A stretch of 32,000 nt of DNA, taken from positions 630,001 through 662,000 of the forward strand of contig NZ_AP013028.1 in assembly GCF_000829315.1 (NCBI RefSeq). The letters are read 5' to 3'. The position numbers and the translations under genes are program-made. Shown piece by piece: positions 18,096-28,206 of this stretch; the first letter of the stretch is position 1, and every line of letters begins with the position of its first letter. This DNA is from Wolbachia endosymbiont of Cimex lectularius. GTDB taxonomy: Bacteria; Pseudomonadota; Alphaproteobacteria; Rickettsiales; Anaplasmataceae. The notes below the pieces were generated by a model, which worked only from the letters and a program-made list of their open reading frames with translations, was not told the origin of the DNA and ran no database searches.

Positions 18096-20219
18096 CTATT
18101 CTACCAGTATCTTTCTCTTTCCCGAGTAGTTTGGAGCACTGACAATACCTTCTTTTTCCATTCTTTCAACAATATTTGCAGCTCTGTTATAGCCTATTCT
18201 AAATTGTCGTTGAATGTAACTAGTTGAAACCTTTCGATCTCTCTGAATGATAGCCACTGCTTGGTTGTACAGGTCGTTCTCTTCATCTTCTGTTTCACCG
18301 TCTAATTCTGCAGAGGAATTTTCATCCTCTTTGGTGATTTCCTCCATGTAGTTCGGCTCGCCTTGCATTTTCAAATGATCAACTATATTTTGCACTTCAT
18401 TATCACTCACAAACGGACCGTGAACTCTAATAATCTTACCACCAGAAGCCATATAGAGCATATCACCCATACCTAGCAATTGTTCAGCCCCCTGTTCACC
18501 GAGTATTGTTCTGCTATCTATTTTAGAAGTCACAGCAAAACTGATTCTCGTTGGGAAGTTTGCCTTTATCACACCTGTTATCACATCCACAGATGGACGC
18601 TGCGTTGCCATTATGATGTGTATTCCTGCAGCACGAGCCATTTGAGCTAAACGCTGAATAGAGCACTCTATTTCTTTGCCAGCAACAAGCATCAAATCTG
18701 CCATTTCATCCACGATCACCACGATATACGGAAATGTTTCCATCTTGATTGGTATTTTTTCAAACAAGGGTTTGCCTGTTGTTGAATTAAAGCCAATTTG
18801 CACAACACGCTCCAATTCTATCCCATTATTCATCGCTTCTGTGATTTTTTGGTTATAGTTTATCACATTGCGCACATTCAAATACGACATCATACGATAG
18901 CGATCTTCCATCTCTTTTACTATCCACTTAAGAGCAATAATAGCCTTTTTTGGTTCCGTTACCACTGGTGTTATGAGATGCGGTATTGCATCATATATTG
19001 AAAGCTCAAGCATTTTGGGGTCGATCATTATCATCTTGCATTCATTTGGATTTAATCGATAAACGAGTGAAAGAATCATGGTGTTAATTGCAACTGATTT
19101 ACCCGATCCTGTGGTTCCAGCAACAAGCAAGTGCGGCATTTTGGCCAAATCGGCAATAACTGATTTTCCGCTTATTTCTTTGCCAAGCGTAATTGGAAGA
19201 TTTAAGTTTGCATTCTGGTATTCTGGCGATTCGAGTAAGTCGCGCAGCATGACAATTTCTCGCTCCTTATTTGGCAATTCTATTCCCATGGCGTTTTGTC
19301 CACGAATTATTGAAATACGCGCAGAGAGCGCACTCATTGAACGTGCAATGTCATCCGCAAGACCAATTACTCTTGCAGACTTTGTGCCGGCCTGTGGCTC
19401 AAGTTTGTATAAAGTCACAACTGGTCCATAACATACATTGATAATTTTTCCTTGCACGCCAAAATCACTCAAAACTTGCTCCAGCAAAGATAAATTCTTG
19501 TTGCTCTCCATTTCATTCAACTGTTTTCTCTGCAAAGACTCTTCTACCTTAGAAAGTAAACGAATACTTGGAAACTTAAACCCACTAGAAGGTTTAAAAA
19601 TATCTCCAGTAACTTTTTTCTGTCTTTCTTTTGGTTGTTGTCTGGTAGCAACTTGAGCCCTATGTTGTTCTTTTACTACTGATGATACAATAGAATGTTC
19701 AGCAGTTTTACGTAACCTGAAAAACAGAACATTTGCAAAAAGGGGAGCTATTTTTTTACACAAGAAGAATATAAAGTAAATCGTTCTCTTCCAACCGATT
19801 AGTCCCACAATACCTATCGACATTGCTACTGTGAATATATAAAACGGGTAGTTACTAATTAGTGCATTTCCTATTATTCCACCGTGCATATACTTTGCAG
19901 TGATGCCGAGTGAAAGTTGTGCTAATATAGCGCACATCCCTAAATTAATTAATGTTAAGTAGAGAATTTTCAGCAACCTTTTTGATGGTCTGAGGGTCAA
20001 AAAATAAACTATAGTTGTAGCTACTGCAATACTAGTTAATCCGAGAAATTGAACTAATATATCAGATAAATACGAACCTACTATTCCACATAAATTCGTT
20101 ACTTCTTCTTCTGTAGCTGTGTTTAAGGATGGATCTTTATAGTTGTAGCTAAAAACTGATATATATACACACATCAGGAGCAATAGGCATATTGCTGATT
20201 TCAGATATTTTTTTAGCAT
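18096..20219 (-). CDS. ftsK: DNA translocase FtsK
   Basis: 707 aa; N-terminal membrane segments, LVAGTTGSGKSVAINTMI, YIVVIVDEMADLM, ATQRPSVDVITG, C-terminal winged helix YIQRQFRIGYNRAANIVERMEKEGIV. Confidence 0.97.
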   Translation of the reverse strand: MLKKYLKSAICLLLLMCVYISVFSYNYKDPSLNTATEEEVTNLCGIVGSYLSDILVQFLGLTSIAVATTIVYFLTLRPSKRLLKILYLTLINLGMCAILAQLSLGITAKYMHGGIIGNALISNYPFYIFTVAMSIGIVGLIGWKRTIYFIFFLCKKIAPLFANVLFFRLRKTAEHSIVSSVVKEQHRAQVATRQQPKERQKKVTGDIFKPSSGFKFPSIRLLSKVEESLQRKQLNEMESNKNLSLLEQVLSDFGVQGKIINVCYGPVVTLYKLEPQAGTKSARVIGLADDIARSMSALSARISIIRGQNAMGIELPNKEREIVMLRDLLESPEYQNANLNLPITLGKEISGKSVIADLAKMPHLLVAGTTGSGKSVAINTMILSLVYRLNPNECKMIMIDPKMLELSIYDAIPHLITPVVTEPKKAIIALKWIVKEMEDRYRMMSYLNVRNVINYNQKITEAMNNGIELERVVQIGFNSTTGKPLFEKIPIKMETFPYIVVIVDEMADLMLVAGKEIECSIQRLAQMARAAGIHIIMATQRPSVDVITGVIKANFPTRISFAVTSKIDSRTILGEQGAEQLLGMGDMLYMASGGKIIRVHGPFVSDNEVQNIVDHLKMQGEPNYMEEITKEDENSSAELDGETEDEENDLYNQAVAIIQRDRKVSTSYIQRQFRIGYNRAANIVERMEKEGIVSAPNYSGKRKILVE

Positions 20220-20643
20220 CTACTTAAAAGTAGTAATTTATCATATATTTTACAAAGTGAATTGCTATTAGCAATATCATCACAGACAAATCTAACTCGT
20301 TGAATGGTCGTATATACCTTCTAATAACCTTTAGTGGCGGATGGGTAAGTCGGTTCAAAGTGTGCATTATGTTGCTCACAACTTCGTTATACATATTTAC
20401 CACATTAAGCTTAATCAGCCAATTTAAAGCAATTCAACATATTAGAATGAAGCTATAAAGATCAAACAATGTGTTGAGTAAATATATTATTGGATGCATG
20501 CACGTTTATTACATGAAAATTATATATAAAGATAGATATTTAGGAATTCTAAATCAATCTCTTTAAGTAATACTTCCTCTATGCTTATTATTTGATTAGA
20601 CCACCTTTTTCCTCTCTCGCATGTCACGAAGCTAGGTTCGCAA

Positions 20644-21096
20644 CTACTGGTCACGCAGCTGGTCTATGGATATAATACTGCCATTTGGCAGGTTTTCAGT
20701 GTGTCTTTCACTGTTATATTCTTTGTCAGAATCGATACTGATCTTGTCAAATATTAAAACATCCCCTGAAACTTTATCATGGAATTCGCTAATAGCAAAA
20801 AATGGCACGGTAATTTGCTCTTGTTTTCCGCGGAAACTCAAACTTACGCTAAATTTATCCTCAAAAATTTTTAAATCATAGAATTGATGTTGTAATATAA
20901 TAAGTACTTGAGTAGGGTATGACTTTCTTAGGTAATCTGGCACGATAACACCGTTAAAATAAGTGAAAAATAATATTTCTAAATGAGGAGTAAAATCATT
21001 GCCTGATATGATATCTAAAGCCTTTTTAATGACTTGAAACTTGGCGAAATTAAGCGATCTCTTATAATCTATTTTGTCCATATAACTTTTGCACAT
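20644..21096 (-). CDS. sspB: SspB-family ClpXP protease specificity-enhancing factor (alphaproteobacterial SspB)
   Basis: 150 aa; YPTQVLIILQHQFYDLKIFEDKFSVSLSFRGKQEQITVPFFAISEFHDKVSG matches the SspB-alpha core pattern. The true start may be the second Met at 21081. Confidence 0.88.
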   Translation of the reverse strand: MCKSYMDKIDYKRSLNFAKFQVIKKALDIISGNDFTPHLEILFFTYFNGVIVPDYLRKSYPTQVLIILQHQFYDLKIFEDKFSVSLSFRGKQEQITVPFFAISEFHDKVSGDVLIFDKISIDSDKEYNSERHTENLPNGSIISIDQLRDQ

Positions 21097-21097
21097 G

Positions 21098-21401
21098 TAA
21101 ATTCTGGGGGAACTTCTGTTACCCGGCGTTCCCTGAACCGTGCTTTAGTAATAAATTGGCTGTGCTAAATTAAGCAGCAACACGGAATTCATTACCGTTA
21201 GCAGCAAAATTATCGTTTGCATTTAAATTACGAACTCTTAACGGTGGTGTCTAACCGAGCAAAGTTACCATCTTTACTATGCATGTCGATCCTTATTCGC
21301 CCCCATATAAATTAAAAACATGGTGGAGGCGCCGAGTACTGCCCTCGGGTCCAATACACCTATTACAAGGTAATTTTATTGCCATAGTGTATAAAACGCA
21401 C
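21098..21401 (-). ncRNA. ssrA: Circularly permuted two-piece tmRNA (alphaproteobacterial type)
   Basis: Minus strand: acceptor piece ending ...CCGAG-GGCAGTA-CTCGG-CGCCTCC-A-CCA (CCA ends at 21321), 16-nt spacer (21320-21305), then coding piece starting GGGGGCGAATAAGGATCGACATG at 21304. GGGGGCG pairs with CGCCTCC. Tag frame 21220-21173 GCAAACGATAATTTTGCTGCTAACGGTAATGAATTCCGTGTTGCTGCT-TAA = ANDNFAANGNEFRVAA*. 3' GGGAAC/GTTCCC pairing near 21105-21130. The 3' and 5' ends are approximate. Confidence 0.94.
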
Positions 21402-21407
21402 ATAGCT

Positions 21408-21436
21408 ATTATATAATAATATCAAGTAAATGTCAA
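21408..21436 (-). promoter_or_regulatory. Consensus sigma70-type promoter for ssrA
   Basis: Minus strand TTGACA (21436-21431), 17-bp spacer, TATAAT (21413-21408), both perfect consensus. Confidence 0.88.
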
Positions 21437-21525
21437 GATATTTAACTTTAAGTTAATCGGTAGCCAATACCAATTCCCACTACACAAAAAGCGGACAGAC
21501 AACAGTAGAGAAAATCTATCCAACA

Positions 21526-21832
21526 GAAACAAAAAAACTACTTGACAAATTCCTTCAGTTCCCTTATCATGTTATTGAAGCTATTTATTTATCTTCGCAA
21601 TCTGTGCAGGTTAATGACAAAAAACTTAGGGTATTTGGTGCCTCATTGTTTAAATTTTTGCACTATGTGCACCTCATGTCTTCGTAAAACTTCTGGTTTT
21701 TACCTATACAAGCTGAAACGCGCTTATAAGTCGTTTAAGACAGTATAGAACGTCAAATAGACAAGGGAGAATTTGAATACTAGCTGCTCTAGGTTTCTTT
21801 TGCCTTTTCTCCTGCTTAGTAAATTTCTTAAT
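21526..21832 (+). repeat. Dispersed non-coding repeat, subtype A, with embedded promoter-like sequence
   Basis: TTGACA (21542-21547), 17 bp, TATCAT (21565-21570); downstream body nearly identical to 6061-6330. Confidence 0.88.
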
Positions 21833-21917
21833 ATTCATAGCTAAGGCAATTTAATAGCACATAAAAAATGCCAAAAATAATCGCCTTTTTCTGCTCATGT
21901 GCAAGAAGTCTATTACA

Positions 21918-22958
21918 TTAGTAGCTCTTCACTAAGTCTACTAATGCGGCAATATTTTCAACTGGAGTGTCAGGAAGCACTCCATGCCCGAGATTAAATA
22001 TGAAAGGTAAATCTCTAAAGCAATCTATTATACGCTTCGCTTCTTCAATTGCTTTAGCTTTGTTATATGCCAAGAGACTAGGATTGAGGTTTCCTTGCAG
22101 AGGGACTTTCAGGTTTTCTTTTGCCCATTCTATTGGAATGTCATAATCTATACTCACTGCTGACACACCCGTTTGGTCACAGTAATCCTTATAGAAACTT
22201 CCAGCAGATCTTGGAAAACCTATTATTGGAAAATCTGGGAACCTATCCCTTATCGCTAAGGTAATCTTCTCTGTCGGCTCAATAACATATTTCTTAAATA
22301 GCCCTTTCGACAACGCTCCGGCATTACTGTCAAACAACTGTATAACATCTGCTCCAAACTCTATTTGCTTAATCAGATAGGTGATTGTTGCCTCCGTTAT
22401 CCGCTTGATTATTTTTTCCAAGCTTGAGGGACAGAAATTCAGCACTTTAGAAAAGGTTTTGCTGCTTCCACCCTCTATGATGTACGAAGCAACTGTCCAC
22501 GGACCTCCAGCAAACCCTATGAGAGACTTTTCTTCCGGCAAACAACTCCTTACTCCCTTTATAGCGTTTAGAATTGGCAGGGTCTTAGCTTCAATTTCTT
22601 GTGGACTTCCCAGCTCTTTAAAATCTTCCACGGGCCTTATCATCGGACCTACGCCGAGCACGAAGTTTACATCACAACCCAAGGCATCAGCCACTATTAA
22701 AATGTCAGAGAAGATTATCGCTGCATCCATGTTAAACCTTGCAACTGGTTGCAGTGTCAGCTCTACCACCAAATCTGTGCTATAACACATCTCTATAAAA
22801 TTACTCACGTTTTTTACCGCTTCGCGGTACTCAGGGAGAGATCTACCCGCCTGGCGCATTAGCCAAATTGGTGTCTCCTTACCCTGCCTGCCCTCACTTA
22901 TGGTTCTTGCTATTATTGTTTTACTGTTTTTCAGTTTAGTTAATCTGTCTTCTTTCAT
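21918..22958 (-). CDS. hemE: Uroporphyrinogen decarboxylase
   Basis: 346 aa; [54 protein letters not shown]. Confidence 0.97.
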   Translation of the reverse strand: MKEDRLTKLKNSKTIIARTISEGRQGKETPIWLMRQAGRSLPEYREAVKNVSNFIEMCYSTDLVVELTLQPVARFNMDAAIIFSDILIVADALGCDVNFVLGVGPMIRPVEDFKELGSPQEIEAKTLPILNAIKGVRSCLPEEKSLIGFAGGPWTVASYIIEGGSSKTFSKVLNFCPSSLEKIIKRITEATITYLIKQIEFGADVIQLFDSNAGALSKGLFKKYVIEPTEKITLAIRDRFPDFPIIGFPRSAGSFYKDYCDQTGVSAVSIDYDIPIEWAKENLKVPLQGNLNPSLLAYNKAKAIEEAKRIIDCFRDLPFIFNLGHGVLPDTPVENIAALVDLVKSY

Positions 22959-23340
22959 ATAGTAAAGTATAATAGTAGTAGTAGTTTTATCAACGGTCTG
23001 TTATTAACTTAAAATTCTATGAAGGTTCTTAATTGCCCGACTTGTGGATAAGTATGTTAATAACTTTTATATATTATTGATTTTCTGTAGTAACTTATGT
23101 GTATAAGTAGAATGTTCAGATTGTTAGTAATCTTCCCTTATGGAAAAGGTTTTCCCATTGTACGCTGTTATATAATTATGTGTACACCAGTGAAAAAGTT
23201 GTTGATCAATTGTTAGTATCCGGTATCAACAGATAATCCACAAATTAATTTGACATTATTCACATGCTTATTAAACATTTAACAACAGTTTTCTTGGTAA
23301 ACCTGATCCAAAAATATTTTTACCATTAGTAGGAAGCAAG

Positions 23341-24156
23341 TTGAGTAAAAAAGGGACTTTTATCAAACGGGTAGCGTACAGAATTTTTTTGTTTCTTTTC
23401 AAAAGGGCTCGTATGCTGAGAGAGTGCGCAACTGAAGCATTAATGAAGGATTTACCAGATCTTAGTGTATTTAACGGTCTAATAAAATTCCATGACTGCA
23501 ATATAACTGATGTGATGACTCCACGTACAGAAATATGTGCAGTGGACATTGAATCGAGTAAACATGAGGTAATAAAGAAAATAAAAAATATTCGTCACAC
23601 TAAGGTGTTAATTTATAAAAATGATTTTGATAATGTGATAGGTTTTTTCTACGTAAAAGATGTTATCCTAAACGAAGACGAAGGTTTTAGCCTAAGAGAA
23701 CTTGTACAAAACGTAATATTTGTACCGCCCTCGATGAAGACTACCAGCCTTTTTGTCAAGATGAGATCTTCCAGATCGTATTTGGCTGTTGTGTTGGATG
23801 AATATGGTGGAACTGATGGCTTAATTTCAGTAACTGATCTTGTGGAAGAATTGGTATCAAATATTAACAGTGGAAGCGAACCTTCTGAGTATGCAATTGT
23901 AAAGTTATCTCAGAGTAAGTTTGAGATATCAGCTAGAACTCTGATAAAGGACATAGAGGAAAATCTAAAAATAGAATTACGCAGCCCTGAGGAGGATTAT
24001 GCCACACTTGGTGGGTTAATTCTTTCAGTCGTTGGCAAGGTACCTTCTGTAGGTGAAGTTGTTAAGTACAAAAATGGTGTAAAATTCGTTGTTAAGAATG
24101 CGAGTGAGAGGTACATTGATAAGGTAGTGTTAGACTTGAGTGATTACAGAAACTAG
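23341..24156 (+). CDS. CBS-domain/CorC-HlyC domain protein (TlyC/hemolysin-C-like)
   Basis: 271 aa, TTG start; VMTPRTEICAVD, YLAVVLDEYGGTDGLISVTDLVEELV, C-terminal transporter-associated domain. Confidence 0.92.
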   Translation: MSKKGTFIKRVAYRIFLFLFKRARMLRECATEALMKDLPDLSVFNGLIKFHDCNITDVMTPRTEICAVDIESSKHEVIKKIKNIRHTKVLIYKNDFDNVIGFFYVKDVILNEDEGFSLRELVQNVIFVPPSMKTTSLFVKMRSSRSYLAVVLDEYGGTDGLISVTDLVEELVSNINSGSEPSEYAIVKLSQSKFEISARTLIKDIEENLKIELRSPEEDYATLGGLILSVVGKVPSVGEVVKYKNGVKFVVKNASERYIDKVVLDLSDYRN

Positions 24157-24515
24157 ATTAGATCCCTTGCACAACCTGCTTTCTGATTTTGCGTTAAAAT
24201 TTCCTTACGCTCCTCAAATACCTCAAGTATTCTGCGGTTGCGTTTCTCCTGAAAATTCCTTACCATAAATTGGTTATGAAAGAGATCTATTGATATTCCT
24301 TGTGAGAAAGTGCTTTGCCTTTAGGTAAAGAGGTCTATAATATTCACATGCATAGCGCCGATATGTGCTTTAGGTAAGTGCACTTAGCCTAGATCTGAGG
24401 TGCTGTGGAAAGTTTCGATTTTCGCGTTAATGCTTGTAAGTGCTTTTACAAAGTGTGGAATCACTTTAAGTCAAAGTTAAGCCTATTTCCAACAAGTTGT
24501 TTTCACAAGTGCAGT

Positions 24516-25107
24516 TTATTTTAGCATTATAGTGCTCAGTAGTAAGTAGGTCATGTAGATGCTAATATCTTTTGTATTTAGGCTGTTATCTTTTTTCTTG
24601 CTTAATTTCTCTACTAATGATTTGCTTAAGGGCTTGTGTTCACTCGAAACTTGCATAGTTAATAGAGTTTTGTCTTTCTCCTGGCTTAATAAAACGGACA
24701 CCCGTTCAACTTCTGCTACTGCGCTGGCTATGGTTATTACCATACTGGAAATTATTTTGTTTATCTTTTCAATTAAACTTACTTTGCATTTCACAAAATA
24801 TGCATCTGTTTTCCACGTGAGTTTTATTTTTTTTTAGTAGGTAGTTCTCTGTATTCAGCTTGGTCCGGTCAAAGCTGCGGTTGTCTGCTGAAGAAGAGTA
24901 TGCCTGTTTCATAACTTTGTGTTTGTACATTAAATCATCAGAACTTTCCCTAAGCAATGACAATGCTTCCTTCCACGCGCCAGCGTCGTTCTTGCCACCT
25001 GCTTCAAGCTCTTCTAAGGCGAACATTATCCCATTCATAGAGTTAGCAAAGTCATGAAGTAGTCGTCCTGATAGTAGCTCTGTTATCAATAACACGTTTT
25101 TGCTCAT
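24516..25107 (-). CDS. ChpT-like histidine phosphotransferase, split in two frames at an A9 run
   Basis: N-terminal ORF 25107-24769: LITELLSGRLLHDFANSMNGIMFALEELEAG...DDLMYKHKVMKQAYSS. The 24516 ORF frame continues as LKKIKLTWKTDAYFVKCKVSLIEKINKIISSMVITIASAVAEVERVSVLLSQE... when the 9-A run (24827-24835) is read one base shorter. Confidence 0.68.
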
Positions 25108-25240
25108 TAGACAATTGTAAATGATTTAGGTTACCCTATATTGGTAGACATATGATAGTCAATTGAGAGAAAGTTTCGTTGTACTTTTTGTGCCAGGTTA
25201 TTAATATAGTATTAATAATCGTAGAATTTGTGTAAAGATT

Positions 25241-26278
25241 ATGAGTATTTATGCTAAATCGGGAGTAGACCTTAAGCTGTATAATAAGCTAATAAAAGAG
25301 GTCAATCTTATAGTTGGGAAAACTAAAAAAAAGGAAGAGGTTATTAGCGAAGAAGGTTCATTTTCTGCGCTATTCGATTTCGCTGCGCTGAGTAAAAAAT
25401 ATGACCATCCAGTACTCGTTTCTTCAACTGACGGGGTAGGCACAAAGCTGTTGATAGCTCAAGAAGTAAACAAACATGATACTATAGGCATAGATCTAGT
25501 TGCAATGTGTGTGAATGACTTGCTTGCGCAAGGAGCAACACCTTTATTTTTCCTAGATTATTTCGCAACAGGTATTTTAAGTAAAGATGTTCTATTGTCT
25601 GTAGTTCAGGGTATTGCAGAAGGATGTAAGCAGGCTAATATAGCATTAGTTGGTGGAGAAACTGCAGAAATGCCTGGAATGTATAGTAATAATCACTATG
25701 ACCTTGCAGGATTTGTAGTTGGAGTGGTCGATAAAAGTAAGATCCTTCCAAAATGTAACACTATAAAGGAAGGCGACTGTATAGTTGGCTTAGAGTCGAG
25801 TGGAATTCACTCAAATGGGTTTTCTTTGGTGCGACATATTTTTAAAGATTTAGGCATAAATTATAATGACTTATCTCCGTGGAATAATAAAATCTGGAGT
25901 GAGATGCTACTTGAACCAACAAAAATATACGTTGATTCTTTATTGCCTATTATGTCAAAGGTAAAAGGTATTGCACACATCACAGGTGGTGGCTTGGTAG
26001 ATAATGTTCCACGGATTCTTCCAGAAGATTTGTCTGCAGACATAGATATTGGTTCTTGGGAATGGCCAGATATATTTTTGTGGCTGATAAAAGAGGGTAA
26101 AGTGGAGAAGAGGGAAATGTTAAGGACATTCAATTGTGGTATTGGTATGGTATTGATCGTAGATCCTGAGAATATGCAAAGTGTAAAAAATCATTTCCAA
26201 AAACGTGGAGAAAAAATTGAAATTATTGGAAAACTTCATGAGAAATATAAACCACCACTTGATGAAGTAGCGTCTTAG
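25241..26278 (+). CDS. purM: Phosphoribosylformylglycinamidine cyclo-ligase
   Basis: 345 aa; SSTDGVGTKLLIAQ, DLVAMCVNDLLAQGATPLFFLDYFATG, GGETAEMPGMY. Confidence 0.97.
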   Translation: MSIYAKSGVDLKLYNKLIKEVNLIVGKTKKKEEVISEEGSFSALFDFAALSKKYDHPVLVSSTDGVGTKLLIAQEVNKHDTIGIDLVAMCVNDLLAQGATPLFFLDYFATGILSKDVLLSVVQGIAEGCKQANIALVGGETAEMPGMYSNNHYDLAGFVVGVVDKSKILPKCNTIKEGDCIVGLESSGIHSNGFSLVRHIFKDLGINYNDLSPWNNKIWSEMLLEPTKIYVDSLLPIMSKVKGIAHITGGGLVDNVPRILPEDLSADIDIGSWEWPDIFLWLIKEGKVEKREMLRTFNCGIGMVLIVDPENMQSVKNHFQKRGEKIEIIGKLHEKYKPPLDEVAS

Positions 26279-27001
26279 TTAGACTAACTTTACTGACAAT
26301 CTTTCTGCAACTTTTGAATATGCTTCCTTTAGGTTTCCTAAACTTAAACGGAAGACATCTTTATCTAGTTTTTTGTGAGTACTGTTATCCCATAACCTGC
26401 AATTGTCAGGGCTGATCTCATCAGCTAGGATGATCTTTGTTTTATCGCTCATTAGCCTGCCAAATTCTAATTTGAGGTCGACTAAATCTATACCTGCATT
26501 TGAAAATAAGTCAATTAGAACTTTGTTGATTTTTAAGGTTGTAGTTTTAACCTCTTCCATTTCTTCACGAGATAGCCAGCCAAAATATAGCGCGTGGTTT
26601 TCATTTACCATTGGATCAGCCAGATTGTCATCTTTATAGAAAAATTCGATTATAGGAGATATAAGCTTCTCACCTTCTTTTACATTAAAACGTTTGCAAA
26701 AGCTACCGGCTGCGATATTTCTCACTACTATTTCAAGAGGTATAACTTTTAGTTTTTTAACTAGCTGCTCTCTTTCATTCAGAGTTTTTATAAAGTGTGT
26801 GCTAATTCCTGCTTTCTCAAGCTTTTCCATTATAAAAGCGCTAATGAAGTTGTTGATTATTCCCTTACCCTCAATAACCTCATATTTTTCTTTATTAAAG
26901 GCTGTTACGTCGTCTTTAAAGTGCTGTATGACAGTTAACGGATCTTTAGCTTTAATAATAGATTTCGCTTTACCTTCGTATATTATTTTGCCTGGCAGCA
27001 T
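26279..27001 (-). CDS. purC: Phosphoribosylaminoimidazole-succinocarboxamide synthase
   Basis: 240 aa; YEGKAKSI, PLEIVVRNIAAGSF, DFKLEFG-like VDLKLEFG, ILADEISPDNCRLWD. Confidence 0.97.
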   Translation of the reverse strand: MLPGKIIYEGKAKSIIKAKDPLTVIQHFKDDVTAFNKEKYEVIEGKGIINNFISAFIMEKLEKAGISTHFIKTLNEREQLVKKLKVIPLEIVVRNIAAGSFCKRFNVKEGEKLISPIIEFFYKDDNLADPMVNENHALYFGWLSREEMEEVKTTTLKINKVLIDLFSNAGIDLVDLKLEFGRLMSDKTKIILADEISPDNCRLWDNSTHKKLDKDVFRLSLGNLKEAYSKVAERLSVKLV

Positions 27002-27070
27002 ATTTGATTTAACTATATATTGTAGATATTACATCAATTTACTACCTAAGTTTACTATAAATTTGCAAAG

Positions 27071-27778
27071 ATGTTCAATGTTACAATATTAACCATATTC
27101 CTAGAGATGTTTCCTGGGTTTTTAAACTATTCCCTTGCTGGAAGAGCGTTAGAAAAGAAAATATGGGATCTTGAAGTGGTAAATATTCGTTCCTTTGCTA
27201 AGGATAAACACTCAACGGTAGACGATGTTCCATATGGAGGCGGGGCAGGAATGATTATGCGCCCTGATGTTACTGGTGATGCAATTGATAGTGTGCTCAC
27301 TGCTCATAGGGATACTAAATTTATTTATATGACTCCATCTGGCACGAGATTTAATCAAAGCATTGCAAAAGAATTGATAGAATTCCCTCATATAACAATA
27401 TTGTGTGGTCGATTTGAGGGTATTGACCAAAGAGTGGTTGATGAGTATACTCCTTATGAGTTAAGTATCGGAGATTATGTACTTTCAGGAGGTGAGCCGG
27501 CTGCGATGGTAGTTCTTGATGCATGTGTTAGGCTTCTTCCTGGTGTAGTAAGTAATTCTGATAGTATTACTGAGGAAAGTTTTAGTTATGGTGGTGGTAT
27601 GCTTGAGTACCCTCAATATACTAAACCTAAGCAGTGGAGAGAACATGAAGTGCCTGAGGTTCTGTTATCTGGTAATCACAAAAAAATAAGTGATTGGAGG
27701 CGGAAACAGTCTCAAGCTATAACGAAAAGGCGTAGACCTGAATTATTAGATGGAGATATAAATGACAAATTTACTTGA
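27071..27778 (+). CDS. trmD: tRNA (guanine37-N1)-methyltransferase
   Basis: 235 aa; [78 protein letters not shown]. Confidence 0.98.
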   Translation: MFNVTILTIFLEMFPGFLNYSLAGRALEKKIWDLEVVNIRSFAKDKHSTVDDVPYGGGAGMIMRPDVTGDAIDSVLTAHRDTKFIYMTPSGTRFNQSIAKELIEFPHITILCGRFEGIDQRVVDEYTPYELSIGDYVLSGGEPAAMVVLDACVRLLPGVVSNSDSITEESFSYGGGMLEYPQYTKPKQWREHEVPEVLLSGNHKKISDWRRKQSQAITKRRRPELLDGDINDKFT

Positions 27779-28145
27779 AAAGTTCAATAAGCAGCAAATG
27801 CAAGTGTTAGCTAAAGAATTGCCAGAGTTTCGTCCTGGTGATGATTTGAAGATCACTTTTAAAGTGGTTGACAGTGCAAGTGAACGTATGCAAATATTTG
27901 AAGGTGTATGTATATCAAAAAGAAATCGTGGGCTACATTCTTCTTTTGTGGTTAGAAAAGTGAGTCATGGAGAAAGTATAGTATCACAGTTTTTTGTTTA
28001 TTCTCCAGCATTAGTTTCAGTGCAAGTGACAAGAAGGGGGAAAGTTCGTAGAGCAAAATTATACTACTTATATAAGCTATTTGGAAAAGCTGCAAGAATA
28101 AAAGAGCGTACTACTTACAAAAGCGGTAAGTCTAAGCAGCTTTAA
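27762..28145 (+). CDS. rplS: 50S ribosomal protein L19
   Basis: 127 aa; [44 protein letters not shown]. Overlaps the trmD 3' end by 17 bp. Confidence 0.98.
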   Translation: MTNLLEKFNKQQMQVLAKELPEFRPGDDLKITFKVVDSASERMQIFEGVCISKRNRGLHSSFVVRKVSHGESIVSQFFVYSPALVSVQVTRRGKVRRAKLYYLYKLFGKAARIKERTTYKSGKSKQL

Positions 28146-28206
28146 TGAAAAATGGTGTTGCTTCAGTTCTTGATGCGCTGAGGCAATAGGAAGGGACTGA
28201 AAATAG

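Noticed and set aside
22381-22785. 134-aa plus-strand ORF inside hemE
   Set aside because: Antisense to hemE with no family signature.
24559-24837. 92-aa plus-strand hydrophobic ORF
   Set aside because: It lies opposite the C-terminal half of the ChpT-like gene; the minus-strand reading explains the sequence better.
26694-27092. 132-aa plus-strand ORF opposite purC
   Set aside because: Shadow ORF covered by a confident purC call.
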